64,000 nt of DNA from Epiperipatus broadwayi (Eukaryota > Animalia > Onychophora), in NCBI GenBank assembly GCA_028023455.1, contig JAQFVV010000003.1, positions 3,224,001 through 3,288,000 on the forward strand, read 5' to 3'. This document shows positions 1-10,318 of the stretch, piece after piece (within the stretch, counting starts at the first letter, position 1; each line of letters begins with the position of its first letter). The notes beneath the pieces are model-generated. The model had not been told where the DNA came from. It did no database searches and saw only the letters and a program-made list of their open reading frames with translations. A program made the position numbers and the translations under genes.

Positions 1-664
1 GATCTCCCAGAAACTCTAGTATCTAACAAATGGCACAGGTTTTATGTCAGAAAAGTTTGCATACTTGATGCACAAATGGGGAATTAACCACATATTTACT
101 CCATTTTACCACCCCCGATCAAATGGACTGGTTGAAAAAACTATGCAAAATTTAAAGTCCATCATCAATAAAATGGGAAAACAAAGTCTCCACAAAGCAG
201 TCTTAGACACGCTTCTTTATCAACACTCTACGCCTACAGATAAGTCGGGTAAATCACCTGCAGAGAAATATCTAGGTCGTAGATTGTGAATGAAGTTCGA
301 CAAAATTATACCAACGAACGACACCAAAGTACCTTCAGGCATAAACTGTAAATTCTCACCACAAGATCGCATATAAATTAAAAATAATCAGGACAGATTC
401 TGGATAAAAGTGGAAATTGTGAAACATCTAAGTAAGCAAGTGGTTGCCGTGCAAATGGAGGACAGAAGAGTGTTATGCAAATATATAAATCAATTGCTTA
501 AAGATGAAAGCATACAACAAACACCGCAGCCATTTCTGAAAAAAGATAATGCACCAGACGAAGAATTGGACATCCCCCAATGTTCAAAGAGGGAAAGAAA
601 AATTCCCTCCTACCTCAGTGATTACATGCTAAGTTCAGAGAACTGTAAAAAACTAAAACACTAA
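1..664 (+). pseudogene. Ty3/Gypsy LTR retrotransposon integrase 3' remnant (K02A2.6-like)
   Basis: ORF 44-289 contains YHPRSNGLVE (integrase-core YHPxSNGxxE motif) and KSPAEKYLGRRL. It is followed by a stop and the frameshifted tail ORF 410-664. Confidence 0.8.
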
Positions 665-674
665 TCTCTGAACT

Positions 675-845
675 TGGGGGAGGTATGCTAAATGTGTGTG
701 TATATTTATGTATACACAAAATATGTATTATTAGTTAAATAATAATTATAATTGTAAAACTAAATGGATTGCTAAATGTGTGTGAATATTTATATATACA
801 CAAAATAAGTATTATAAATGATATTATAACGGTAAACTAAATGTA
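675..845 (+). mobile_element. Polypurine tract and start of the putative 3' LTR, with an 84-bp tandem duplication
   Basis: TGGGGGAGGTA lies just after the integrase stop and is followed by TG at 686. TGCTAAATGTGTGTG...AAACTAAATG recurs at 686 and 770. The LTR right end was not identified. Confidence 0.55.
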
Positions 846-3800
846 TGTGCATGGATGCCAATGGCATTCACAATATTTTATAAAGGCAATTAGTCTAATT
901 AAATAGCTGAATTAATGCAAAAACTATAAACTAACTTATCAAGAAAGTTAGATGAATTCAAGCAAAGGATTAAGTTAAAGTAAACAAAGCCATTGCAACC
1001 CTGAATGTTTAGTTCCTGATCAGATTTAATGATAATAGAAACATTGCTTAAAATAGACAATTCTAAGAGCATTATCTGATCAGGGATTGAATATGGTAAC
1101 TCAAGAGATGACCACCATGTGGACAGTGGATGGCCAATCAAGGGGGTTGATCCTAAAAACAAGGAGAGTGTGAAAAAGATCTAAAATAGAATGGAGACAG
1201 GACACTTGCTAAGTGAAGCTTCTTGAAAGGCAGATGTGCCATTTCCTCTGGTGCTCCACTTTAACCTTGCGGAGGTTTACCTCCCTCCAGATATTCAAAA
1301 GTAAAATTAGGAACAGTATAACAGGTCGTATTGATCTTATTCTTATTTTGTTATGCCTTCGACCCTTATTGTAATTTATATAGCGTGTTTATATTTGTCA
1401 TACATGTATATATTAAACAAGATTGATTATCTCCATATAACTCTGTAAAATAAATTCTTGTTACTTAAAATTACTTGCCGAGCCACCTCATTAATTAGAA
1501 ATTATTTGTGTTATTTACATTTGCAATCTGGACACAGTACTTATATTGCAAAGTTTAAATGTATTATTGAATATTTATGGGCGTTTTCAATGCATATTTA
1601 TTTTTAATTTTTTGCTAATTACTGCAATTTAATATTTTAAGCAGTTTTGAATTATAATGTGCATCTTACATCTATTTCCTCATCTTTCATAGGTACTAAT
1701 AGTATCGTAATAATGTATTTATGTAAGAACAAATGCTTTATCGCGATGGTTTTGAAACGCATTTGATATCGTGAGGCAGTTAATATCATGCTAGTGGCCG
1801 AATATAGGCATAAATATTTGTTTTATCCTTAGTGCAAGATAGTTGGAGAAATGTATTGGATGATGATAAATGTTTTATAATTTGTAGCAATACTTAAAGG
1901 GGATAGTTATGATAAACTTGTAAAAATACTTCATTTTAATTTGTTAAATTAAAATCATTATTTGTTTTAAGTATCTATTGTATTAAATCTTATATTTCAT
2001 TTATATTGTAAATAAATATTTTTGTTATTATTAAAATACGTTTTTGTTTTCGTTGCCATTACTATTGGATTCATCAACTAAAAAAAATCTCATAATAATA
2101 AAGTGTTATGAGATAGTGTGGAGAGTGGTAGGTCATGTGATAGTCTGTGCTCATATACCCTATATAATAATAATAAAGTTTATTATTCATTGTTCAATAG
2201 TCACATATTAGCATTTCCTTGATTTACTTATCCATTTCACTTGCATTGTAATAAGACATATGCTTTTCCTATTTATTTTAAGTGTGTTTTTTTAATGATT
2301 TGGGTAACATAAAATGTACCCTTTCTACCTGTTGCATTACATCATACGTATGCAATTATTATAAATTAGTTTATATTAAGATTATAAACTTAGATGTACT
2401 TATGCGCTGGATAAATAAAATAATTATGCATGAAGAAAATTTTAAATGCTTTAAAGAATGTTTTATATGATAATTATTAATCATCTAAATATTGATATAC
2501 TCAGTTTTATATATTTGCTTTTCATATTTGATTGAAGTACAAGATATCAAGAATAAAGTTATAAGATGATATAAAATGTTTTATTTACAACTTAAATAAA
2601 TATCGCATATGAGAAATTTGGAATAATACCTAGTTAAATATAATGCTAAATATAATGGGAACCTGAGATACAGCTAAAATATTGAAATTTAAAGTTTTAA
2701 GATATCTAAGATTATAGCATGAACCCTGAGAGAAGTTTCAAACACCATAATTGTAACCTAATAAGAATATTCTATGAAGATAATTATTATTGTTGGTATT
2801 ATTATTAATTACCTTTATTATCTGAGATTTAAATTATATAAGACTAAGTGATTTGAATTTGCGGGTTGTATTTCTCTCTCTACCTCGGACCCGATGGTTA
2901 AGTTACAGTGTTAGGGATTTTTGGCTTGCCTAATGTGTTATCTTTCGATCGTATATAAGATATAATCTTTTCTTTTGACAATGTATGTAAAATTCATTCT
3001 ATAATGCTTATTTTGCTAATTATAATACTAATTAATCACTAATTAATATTTTACCCCGAAGATTATTGTCCATATATGCACACACATATGAGTATATATA
3101 ATTACAGTATATAACTGTTTAACTACATGTTTTATAAGCATACAACAATAAATGTTTACAGATTTGCTGAGATATCAAATTCAACCAATTATTTCAAATG
3201 TGAGCTGGATAAAGAATATCACTGACTCATAAAAAAAATATGTTTGAAAAATTGATAAAAGAAGTTTGTTTAACAGATTTTCAATTAAACTTAAGTAATC
3301 ATTTTCAAAATATATTGTCACATTTAAGAAAGTGGTTTTGATCTAATCTTCCCCTAAGAAATAGCATTCAAATTATTCATCTTACGCCTTTTCTTCAATC
3401 TCATTCACAAAGTTATTCTGTCAAATATTTTTATCTATTCTTCTCAAAAGGTAAATAATTAATTAGATGTGCGACATCTCCCTTATGATAATTAAGACAG
3501 CACTACATTTCAATATTCATGTTTTTTATTTTATGACTAAATCATCAACATTATCTGATGAATCTAAATTATCTTGAGATCTTTACCCCAAAGTAAGAAT
3601 TTCTAGATATCTACTTTTTGACCATATATTTAGGTAATTTGTCTATGAGCTATCTATCTTTAATAAAAACCATGTTACTTGGAAATTCTCATCTATCTAA
3701 AAAAAATTCCAAAATCTATTCAAATTCCAAATCATGGAAAAGGCAGACCTATACGCTTTAACTTTGATAATTTCCTCTGATCCTTACTCAGCTTGGAAAT

Positions 3801-4163
3801 TGTTGTGCCAAAAAAAAGGCAGACATAATATATACATATACAGTTGTATTGCTTTTTTTTTTTTTTGGGGGGGGGGATATGCTTATGAACTTGAGTTTGA
3901 AATTTTATTTACTCAATCTCCCTCCTCCTTTGATTATGATATAATGATATAAATGATATGTTTTCCTGAAGGTTTGTGATGATGGTATTTTAATTGTATT
4001 TATTTACTGGACTATTTCCAGCAACTAATATTAGGTATTAAATGTCTTATAATAGGCAAAACTCTCTCCATACACTAATGCCACTCTAAGCAAGACAGAG
4101 TAATCAATAGATGCCAGAAGGCTTGTGCATAAAATCCTATCTAGTGCTTACTCATCCAATATT

Positions 4164-4201
4164 CCCAAACTAGTTTCTGGCTTATGGCCTTCGTCAGTGA
4201 G
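4164..4201 (-). ncRNA. Minimal type I hammerhead ribozyme, family A (core intact)
   Basis: Minus strand reads CTCA CTGACGA A-GGC CATAA GCC-A GAAA CTAG TT TGGG: CUGANGA and GAAA cores, helix II, palindromic helix III (ACTAGT) and a GUU cleavage triplet. Confidence 0.7.
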
Positions 4202-4722
4202 GAGCCTTGGATCTGAGAGCACTGCACCTAGATCTTAGGATCTAATGCAACCCTCCAGCAGCCACCTTTTAACTTTATATAACTACTAAACTATGAGAAT
4301 AAAATTGAAAACATGCAGATATTTTCAATCTAAGCTCAATAGCTCAAATAGTCATATGGGTCTGAACTCAATTCAGCACCCATACATTTTGGTGTCTTTG
4401 GCTCTTTTACAACCTTAGCCACCACCTTCCTATAAGGCAGGATTGGTATTAAACCTTAAAACATCACCTGATCACACTATCTTCCATGCTTGCTCATAAC
4501 TGTTGTTATAATAGGCAAAACTATCTCCATACAGTAGTGCCACTCTAAGCAAGACAGAGTAATCAATAAATGCCAGAAGGCTTGTGCATAAAATCCTTAT
4601 CTAGTGCTTACTCATCCAATATCTCCAAACTAGTTTCTGACTTATGGCTTTGGATCTGAGAGCTGCTGAAGGGCTGCATTAGATCCTAAGATCTAGGTGC
4701 AGTGCTCTCAGAGCCAAGGCCC

Positions 4723-4760
4723 CTCACTGACAAAGGCCATAAGCCAGAAACTAGTTTGGG
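4723..4760 (+). ncRNA. Family A HHR copy with a mutated core (CTGACAA)
   Basis: CTCA CTGACAA AGGC CATAA GCCA GAAA CTAG TT TGGG. The G8>A change is at a CpG. Confidence 0.6.
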
Positions 4761-5147
4761 AATGTTGGATGAGTAGGCACTAGATAGGGATTTTATGCAC
4801 AAGCCTTCTGGCATCCATTGATTACTCTATCTTGCTTAGAGTGGCACTGCGGTATGGAGAGAGTTTTGCCTATTATAACAACAGTTATAAGCAAGCATGG
4901 AAGATAATGATCATGTGATGTTTTAAGGTATTGAATGTCTTTAGAAAACTTTAACTTTATTTAAATATTCCAATTACATTCAATTATTAGTAATAATACA
5001 CAGATTAGTATATGTGAGGTATTATTCTAATCTTTCTGCAGATGTTGCTGGCCTGGCCAGTGACAGTACTAGCACAGGAATCAAACCTAGACCCTTAAAC
5101 TCTTGAATAGTGAATTTTAAGGTAATACTCTAACCAACTGAGATACT

Positions 5148-5400
5148 CTTCAAAATTCAATATTCAAGAATCTAAGGATCCAGGTTTGATTCACATGCTA
5201 GTATTGTCACTGGTCAGGTCAGCAACACTCGAAGAAAAGAGAACAATATTTCTTAAAATATTGTACATAGACTAACATGTGTGTTATTATTAACAGTTGA
5301 ATGTAAATGGAATATTTAAATAAATTTTTCTAAAGACATCCAATACTTAATATAAGATGATGGAAATAGTCCAATATATAAATATAATTGGTATAGATAT
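5148..5400 (+). repeat. Further copy of the PLE1 terminal repeat, inverted relative to 4926-5148
   Basis: AAATTCAATATTCAAGAATCTAAGGATCCAGGTTTGATTCACATGCTAGT... is colinear with 7414-7620. Confidence 0.7.
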
Positions 5401-5439
5401 TTGAAATATAAAGACCAAAAATTGATTAGATACAATTTA

Positions 5440-5735
5440 CAACATTGTATTTTCCTGAAGGTTTGTGATGAAAGTATTTTAATTGTATTTGTATATTGGA
5501 TTATTTCCACCATATAATACTGAGTATTGTATGCCTTTAAAAAAATTAAACTTTATTTAAATTTTCCAATTACATTAAACTATTAGTAATAGCACACAGA
5601 TCAGTATATGTGCAATGTGTTGGCTGACCAGTGACAGTACTAGCATGGGAGTTGAACCTGGATCCTTAGATTCTTGAATATTGAATTTTAAGGGAAAGTT
5701 CACTGAGCCATCCTGCCAAAAGCAATAGCCAGTAG
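5440..5735 (-). repeat. Inverted 5' pseudo-LTR of Penelope-like element PLE1
   Basis: Its reverse complement matches 7350-7620, including the sequence upstream of the A box (TTGC(T/C)TTTGGC(A/G)GGATG(G/A)CTCA). A box TGGCTCAGTG and B box GGTTCAACTCC are present. Confidence 0.75.
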
Positions 5736-7325
5736 AAATTATTTTCCCTGCTAACAAAGGCAATGCAAAGTTGTAATGGATAACTCTTCACAGCAGAACA
5801 ATACAGAAAAGTGATGCAAAGTATGTGATGCCAAGTACAGAACAAAATTATAAGTGTTATTTGAAAAGCATCATAGGTACTGAAGTGATTTAGACAAAAG
5901 TAAACTAATATCATATTTCAGCAAAATTCCTCATCTTTATGGTCTACCTAAAATCCATAAGGATCATGTCCCATTAAGATATATTGTTACTTCTATAAAT
6001 TCACCTTGATAAAATTTGTCAAGATTTCTTCTCAAAGTTCTTAATCCTTTGACATACAAGACTAAGTCTTTTGGCAGGGATTCAAGATAGAATTAATCAA
6101 AAACATGAAAATTGAAAGAATTAACATACTAATAGTAAGCTTTGATGTGGAAAGTTTATTCACAAATGTACGGTGTGAAAAAGTATTGTTTATTGTAAAA
6201 AAAAAAAAAGATTAAATTGCGAGAAACCAGAACAACTCTTCCTGTTGTTAGTACAATGAAACTATTAACATTCTGCATAACAACAATCTACTTTCAGTAT
6301 AACACAGAATTCTTCCAACAAGGAATGATTATGGGCTCACCATTGCCACTCTTGATTAGCAATATTTGCATGGAAGAACTTGGAAATCACAGCCATAAAA
6401 ATTGCTCCATCTAAGGTTTGACTTCACCCTGTTGATGATACATTTGTTGTATGGTCACATGGTGAAATACTACACAAACATTCTGGAAACTTATCAACAA
6501 CATATCTCTTCATTTAAATTCACAATAGAATCAGAACAAGAACAAAAATTGGCATTCTTAGTTGTTCTTGTGACAAGACTTCCTCATGGCAAAATCAAAA
6601 CTGCACTTTACAGAGAACCCACACATACAAAAAAATACTTAGCTTATACATCCAATCATGCTAGAGTGCAAAACATGGAATTATAATATCACTATGAAAC
6701 AGAGCAAAAGAATTTTGTTCAGAAACCAGTGATTTAAAAAAAGAAAAGATCTATACAGAACAAATCCTGATGAAAAATGATCTTCAACTATTTTTAAGAA
6801 AACTTAAAAGATAACAAAAAGAACCATCAAATGAAAATACAATTATTGTTACTGTAGTGTATACACATATACCAAAAATAGCAGACAAATTAAGGAAAAT
6901 CCGCAATCAGTATAACATCAGAACAGCTTTCCAGAACCATACCATATCATGAGGATTATTAATGTCAACAAAACCTAAACTTGAAATGCTGAAAAGCAAA
7001 AACTGCATCTATGAAATATCAAGAATATGGAAGAATGTATATTGGTGAGACCAGTCACTCTATTAAAAACTGATTGCAAGAGCTCAAACTGATGATTAAA
7101 AGAGAGAAAACAGATGTGACTAAGGTAGCAGACAATTTATGTACCAATGAACATATAATAAATTGGGAAAATATAAAAATATTGGATACAGAGGAAAAGA
7201 TGCAAAGGAAAAAATTCAAAGAAGCTGTTCACATGACAATAGTGAATAAACCCAAAAGTTAATCTAGTATGACTATACATAATATATGGAAACCACTAAT
7301 CAACTCTGCTCTTAGGAAAAAGTGA
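5735..7325 (+). pseudogene. Penelope-like element PLE1: RT plus GIY-YIG endonuclease, 5'-truncated and degraded
   Basis: Motifs across frames: PANKGNA, YGLPKIHK..PLR, VSFDVESLFTNV, QGMIMGSPL, FKFTIESEQ..LAFL, LYREPTHT..YL..TSNH, CIYEI...YIGETS, INWENIKILDTE...KFKEA. Many stops and frameshifts. Confidence 0.9.
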
Positions 7326-7349
7326 AGAAATCAGGAGGAGCCTCATAGA

Positions 7350-7620
7350 TAAACATGAAATTTCTGACAGTTGCCTTTGGCGGGATGACTCAATAGGTTA
7401 GAGTGTAATTATAAAATTCAAATATTCAAGAATCTAAGAGTCCAGGTTCGATTCCCATGCTAGTACTGTCACTAGTCACGCCAGCAACATTTGAAAATGA
7501 GAGGAGAATAATACCTCTCGAAACGTTATGCAGAGGAAAATTTAAATAAAGAATTTTTCTAGTGATATTAAATACTTAATATTAGATGATGGAAATAGTC
7601 CAATACATAAATACAATTTA
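7350..7620 (+). repeat. 3' pseudo-LTR of PLE1 with tRNA-like A/B boxes
   Basis: A-box-like TGACTCAATAGG at 7386-7397 and a perfect B box GGTTCGATTCC at 7445-7455. It lies directly after the PLE ORF and is homologous to 5440-5735. Confidence 0.75.
7488..7530 (+). ncRNA. Degenerate hammerhead ribozyme in the PLE1 pseudo-LTR
   Basis: CAT TTGAAAA T GAGAGG AGAATAATA CCTCTC GAAA CG TT ATG: perfect 6-bp helix II, GAAA and a palindromic ACGT helix III. The core is mutated here; sister copies read CTGCAGA and TCGAAGA. Confidence 0.55.
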
Positions 7621-8931
7621 ACAGCTTTATTAGCTTCAAGCATAAAGTCAAACGATCGGTTTGACACATAAATTATAACATCTTTATCATTAAAAGTAAA
7701 AGGTATATAGTCAGAGCATTGGCATTTAGAATAAAAACCTAATTGGAATCTTTGATCACCACTTTAAACATTTATTTCTTAAATCAATATATGATAGTTT
7801 GCTAGGCTGGCTGAATATCTGTTAACAAAAAGAATCTTAGCTATCTGGTATTTATTTATTTTTTAAAATTCCAAGATCCATCCTTGATCTACTGATAATT
7901 ACATTGTTTATAGTTATTTAAAAATGGATTAAGCATTACGAAATTGACCTTGTGGTAGACTAGTTGATTCAAGACCTAAATATCAATGGATAACATTATA
8001 TTTCTATTACTTCCGGTGCTCGAATACCATATGACCTCCCAAGTCACTAATCATTACTTAGTCATGAAATTATGAAAAAATCCTCTTTTTTGAATATTTA
8101 ATTATAATATCTAATCGTAGAAACTTTTAAAAATCTACATATGCAAAATCATTTACATAATGATTTTAATTAAATTTTTCCAAGTAAGTTTTATTTGACT
8201 GTTTTACAAATATTGAACTATCACATTTAATTTGTTTAAATACCTATTTATACGAAAACTTTCACTCTAATTTGCTAAGAATGCTGGGATTACAAAAAAA
8301 TCAAAGCCCGATTAATTACTCGACAATGATGTTGTGTGTGAATCGGTTAATTAATTATAAATGCACATTAAATATTAAAAAACAAATCGATAATGTAGGC
8401 GAATATCTATAAAAAAAATATCCTTCGAAATTTAAAAATAACACCTAAACAATTATTACCATAGTAAAGGTGTTTTGTTTTTGACTTTCTTTTTTATTAC
8501 TTAAGATTATTTTTTGATATTAAGTTTTATGTAATTTTTTTTTACTTTCTAGTTGAAATTTACAATTAATTAAGAGATATTTTATTTATTATGTAATGCA
8601 AACATTGGATTCGCCCTCCTTTCCCAGTTTACTTATTAAACAAAAAAAAATTACTTTTATGCAAACTTTTACTGAAATTATAGATTAAATATATATAAAT
8701 CACAATATTCTCCCCCTCAGATACACACGCACAATCTATCACGGTATAACTTAGTCGATGAGCAGAAGCAAAAAAGATAAATGAATTTATAAAAGAATAA
8801 GAAAAAGGGTTATTGATTTTGTTTTGAAATAAGTTTTTTAGCACAGGAGGAAAAATCTTCAATGTTAATTTTATTATTATATTATACTTTGTAAATATAC
8901 GTATATTCTCTGTAGAAAGCAAATAGAAATA

Positions 8932-9036
8932 GTCTTGCATTGGTGGTCGAGAGGTCAGCGCGACTGCCTTGCACTTGCAGGCGGTTGCCCGGGTTGCGGG
9001 TTCGCGTCCCGGCCGATGCTATGACACTTTAAAAAA
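8932..9036 (+). mobile_element. Short tRNA-Gly-derived SINE or retroposed tRNA-like element
   Basis: GCATTGGTGGT...GGGTTCGCGTCCCGGCCGATGC (8937-9019) resembles eukaryotic tRNA-Gly. It has a short A tail and a perfect 16-bp TSD AAAGCAAATAGAAATA at 8916-8931 and 9037-9052. Confidence 0.85.
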
Positions 9037-9841
9037 AAAGCAAATAGAAATAAACAGGCGTCAGTGTGCCGTTAATTATTATCAGTGGCTTGTCAATGAA
9101 TGAACATGCATAAAATATCTTTACTGTGAAAGAGAGATCTCATTGCCATAAAAGATAAAACCTTGTTACCATGGTTTAATGCAATGAGGAGATGAGCTTC
9201 CCCCCACCCTCCCCATTATGCTAAACTTTACATTATAATAAATACATCATATATATTTAAATGGTAGCAGAATAAAAGTAAACTATAAAATTTGGTGCCC
9301 ATAAGAATGCCAATTTTACCACCATTGGATATAGCTGTACATATTATATTACACTCATATTTTGTTAATGATCAACTCATTAACACTCATCTGATTGGCC
9401 CAATTGAATCTGGAATATTTACTCTCAGAGTAGTTAAGAACAGCTAATAGACATCTATATATAAATCATAACTTGGATTATTTATGGGTTGACTACCTAA
9501 AAAAAATTCTAGCTTTTTTTTCAAATCCCCAGAGCAGAGAAAAACATTAAAATGAGAAATGATGGGCATTATGCTTTAAAATCAGTATTGGTTATCTGCT
9601 ATCAGGCAAGCCCAACTAAATCAGTTTCTTATTCCCTCAACATAACATCTCTTGCTCACTTCTTCAAACATTCAAAAGCGTATTAATTACTATAAACTCA
9701 AATAAAGTGATGTTTAAGTATCAAAACAACAATTTTATTAGAGTAATTGCATTAATAATTTTTTTTTTCATTTTTTTGTTTTGAAAGTCATAAAGTGATT
9801 CTCCAGCCACTCTAACTATATTTACAACTTTAGACTTAAGA

Positions 9842-10318
9842 CAAGGGTGGGCAAATAGCAGCCCGAGGGCCATGTGCGGCCCACTAAGAGTTTTTATGCG
9901 GCCTGCCAAGACAATCAGAAAAATCTGCTTTGAACTGAGATTTCCTTCCCATGCACAACCGAAGATTTGTCTCGTATTTTCCACTAGGATGGCCAGGTCA
10001 ATACACATGTGCAGTGCTTTTCCAATTGATCTGGTTAATTTCAATTTTGTTTTTGCATTAGCAAATATATACATTTCCAACTTTAGTGAAACTATGAACC
10101 TTCCGAAAAAATGTAAAATTGGTGATGAATGTCATGTGTTCAATGAAGAATGGACAAATAAATATCTCTTTGGTAATACAGAGAATAAAGCAGTGTGTTT
10201 AGTGTTTCATGGAAAAAAGGTGTGGCCCTCCGCTAACCTTCACTTCCACAAAATGGCCCCTGATGCAGCCCTCCACCAACCTCTGCATCCCCCATGCCAA
10301 AACAATTGCCCACTCCTG
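9842..10318 (+). mobile_element. Non-autonomous hAT (Charlie/SPIN-like) DNA transposon, internally deleted
   Basis: TIRs CAAGGGTGGGCAA and TTGCCCACTCCTG, with a perfect 8-bp TSD ACTTAAGA (9834-9841, 10319-10326). The transposase N-terminal remnant ECHVFNEEWTNKYLF...KAVCLV lies at about 10095-10205. Confidence 0.9.

Larger units (their letters stand above)
4047..4930. mobile_element. Family A HHR-bearing repeat, fold-back locus 1 (459-nt monomer, partial copy, inverted arm)
   Basis: TTATAATAGGCAAAAC at 4047 and 4506 (period 459). Inversion at about 4663. Flanked by a 15/16 direct repeat AGGTATT(A/G)AATGTCTT at 4033-4048 and 4926-4941. Confidence 0.85.
3954..5148 (-). repeat. Copy of the PLE1 terminal repeat (tRNA-like head, HHR remnant, tail), split by a family A insertion
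   Basis: 3954-4046 and 4926-5148 are colinear with the uninterrupted copy at 5452-5710. B-box GGTTTGATTCC at 5077-5087 (minus). Confidence 0.7.

Noticed and set aside
899-1290. ORF 899-1162 (-) and a plus-strand GWP-containing frame as RT or Gypsy fragments
   Set aside because: Only isolated 3-5 residue resemblances. No ordered motif set.
2103-2215. Short solo-LTR-like stretch (TG...CA, TATA, AATAAA)
   Set aside because: No second copy or TSD was found, and these motifs are common in AT-rich DNA.
8937-9019. Functional tRNA gene (Ala/Cys/Gly)
   Set aside because: The anticodon arm cannot form a canonical 7-nt loop, the T-arm entry is duplicated, and an A tail and TSD indicate retroposition.
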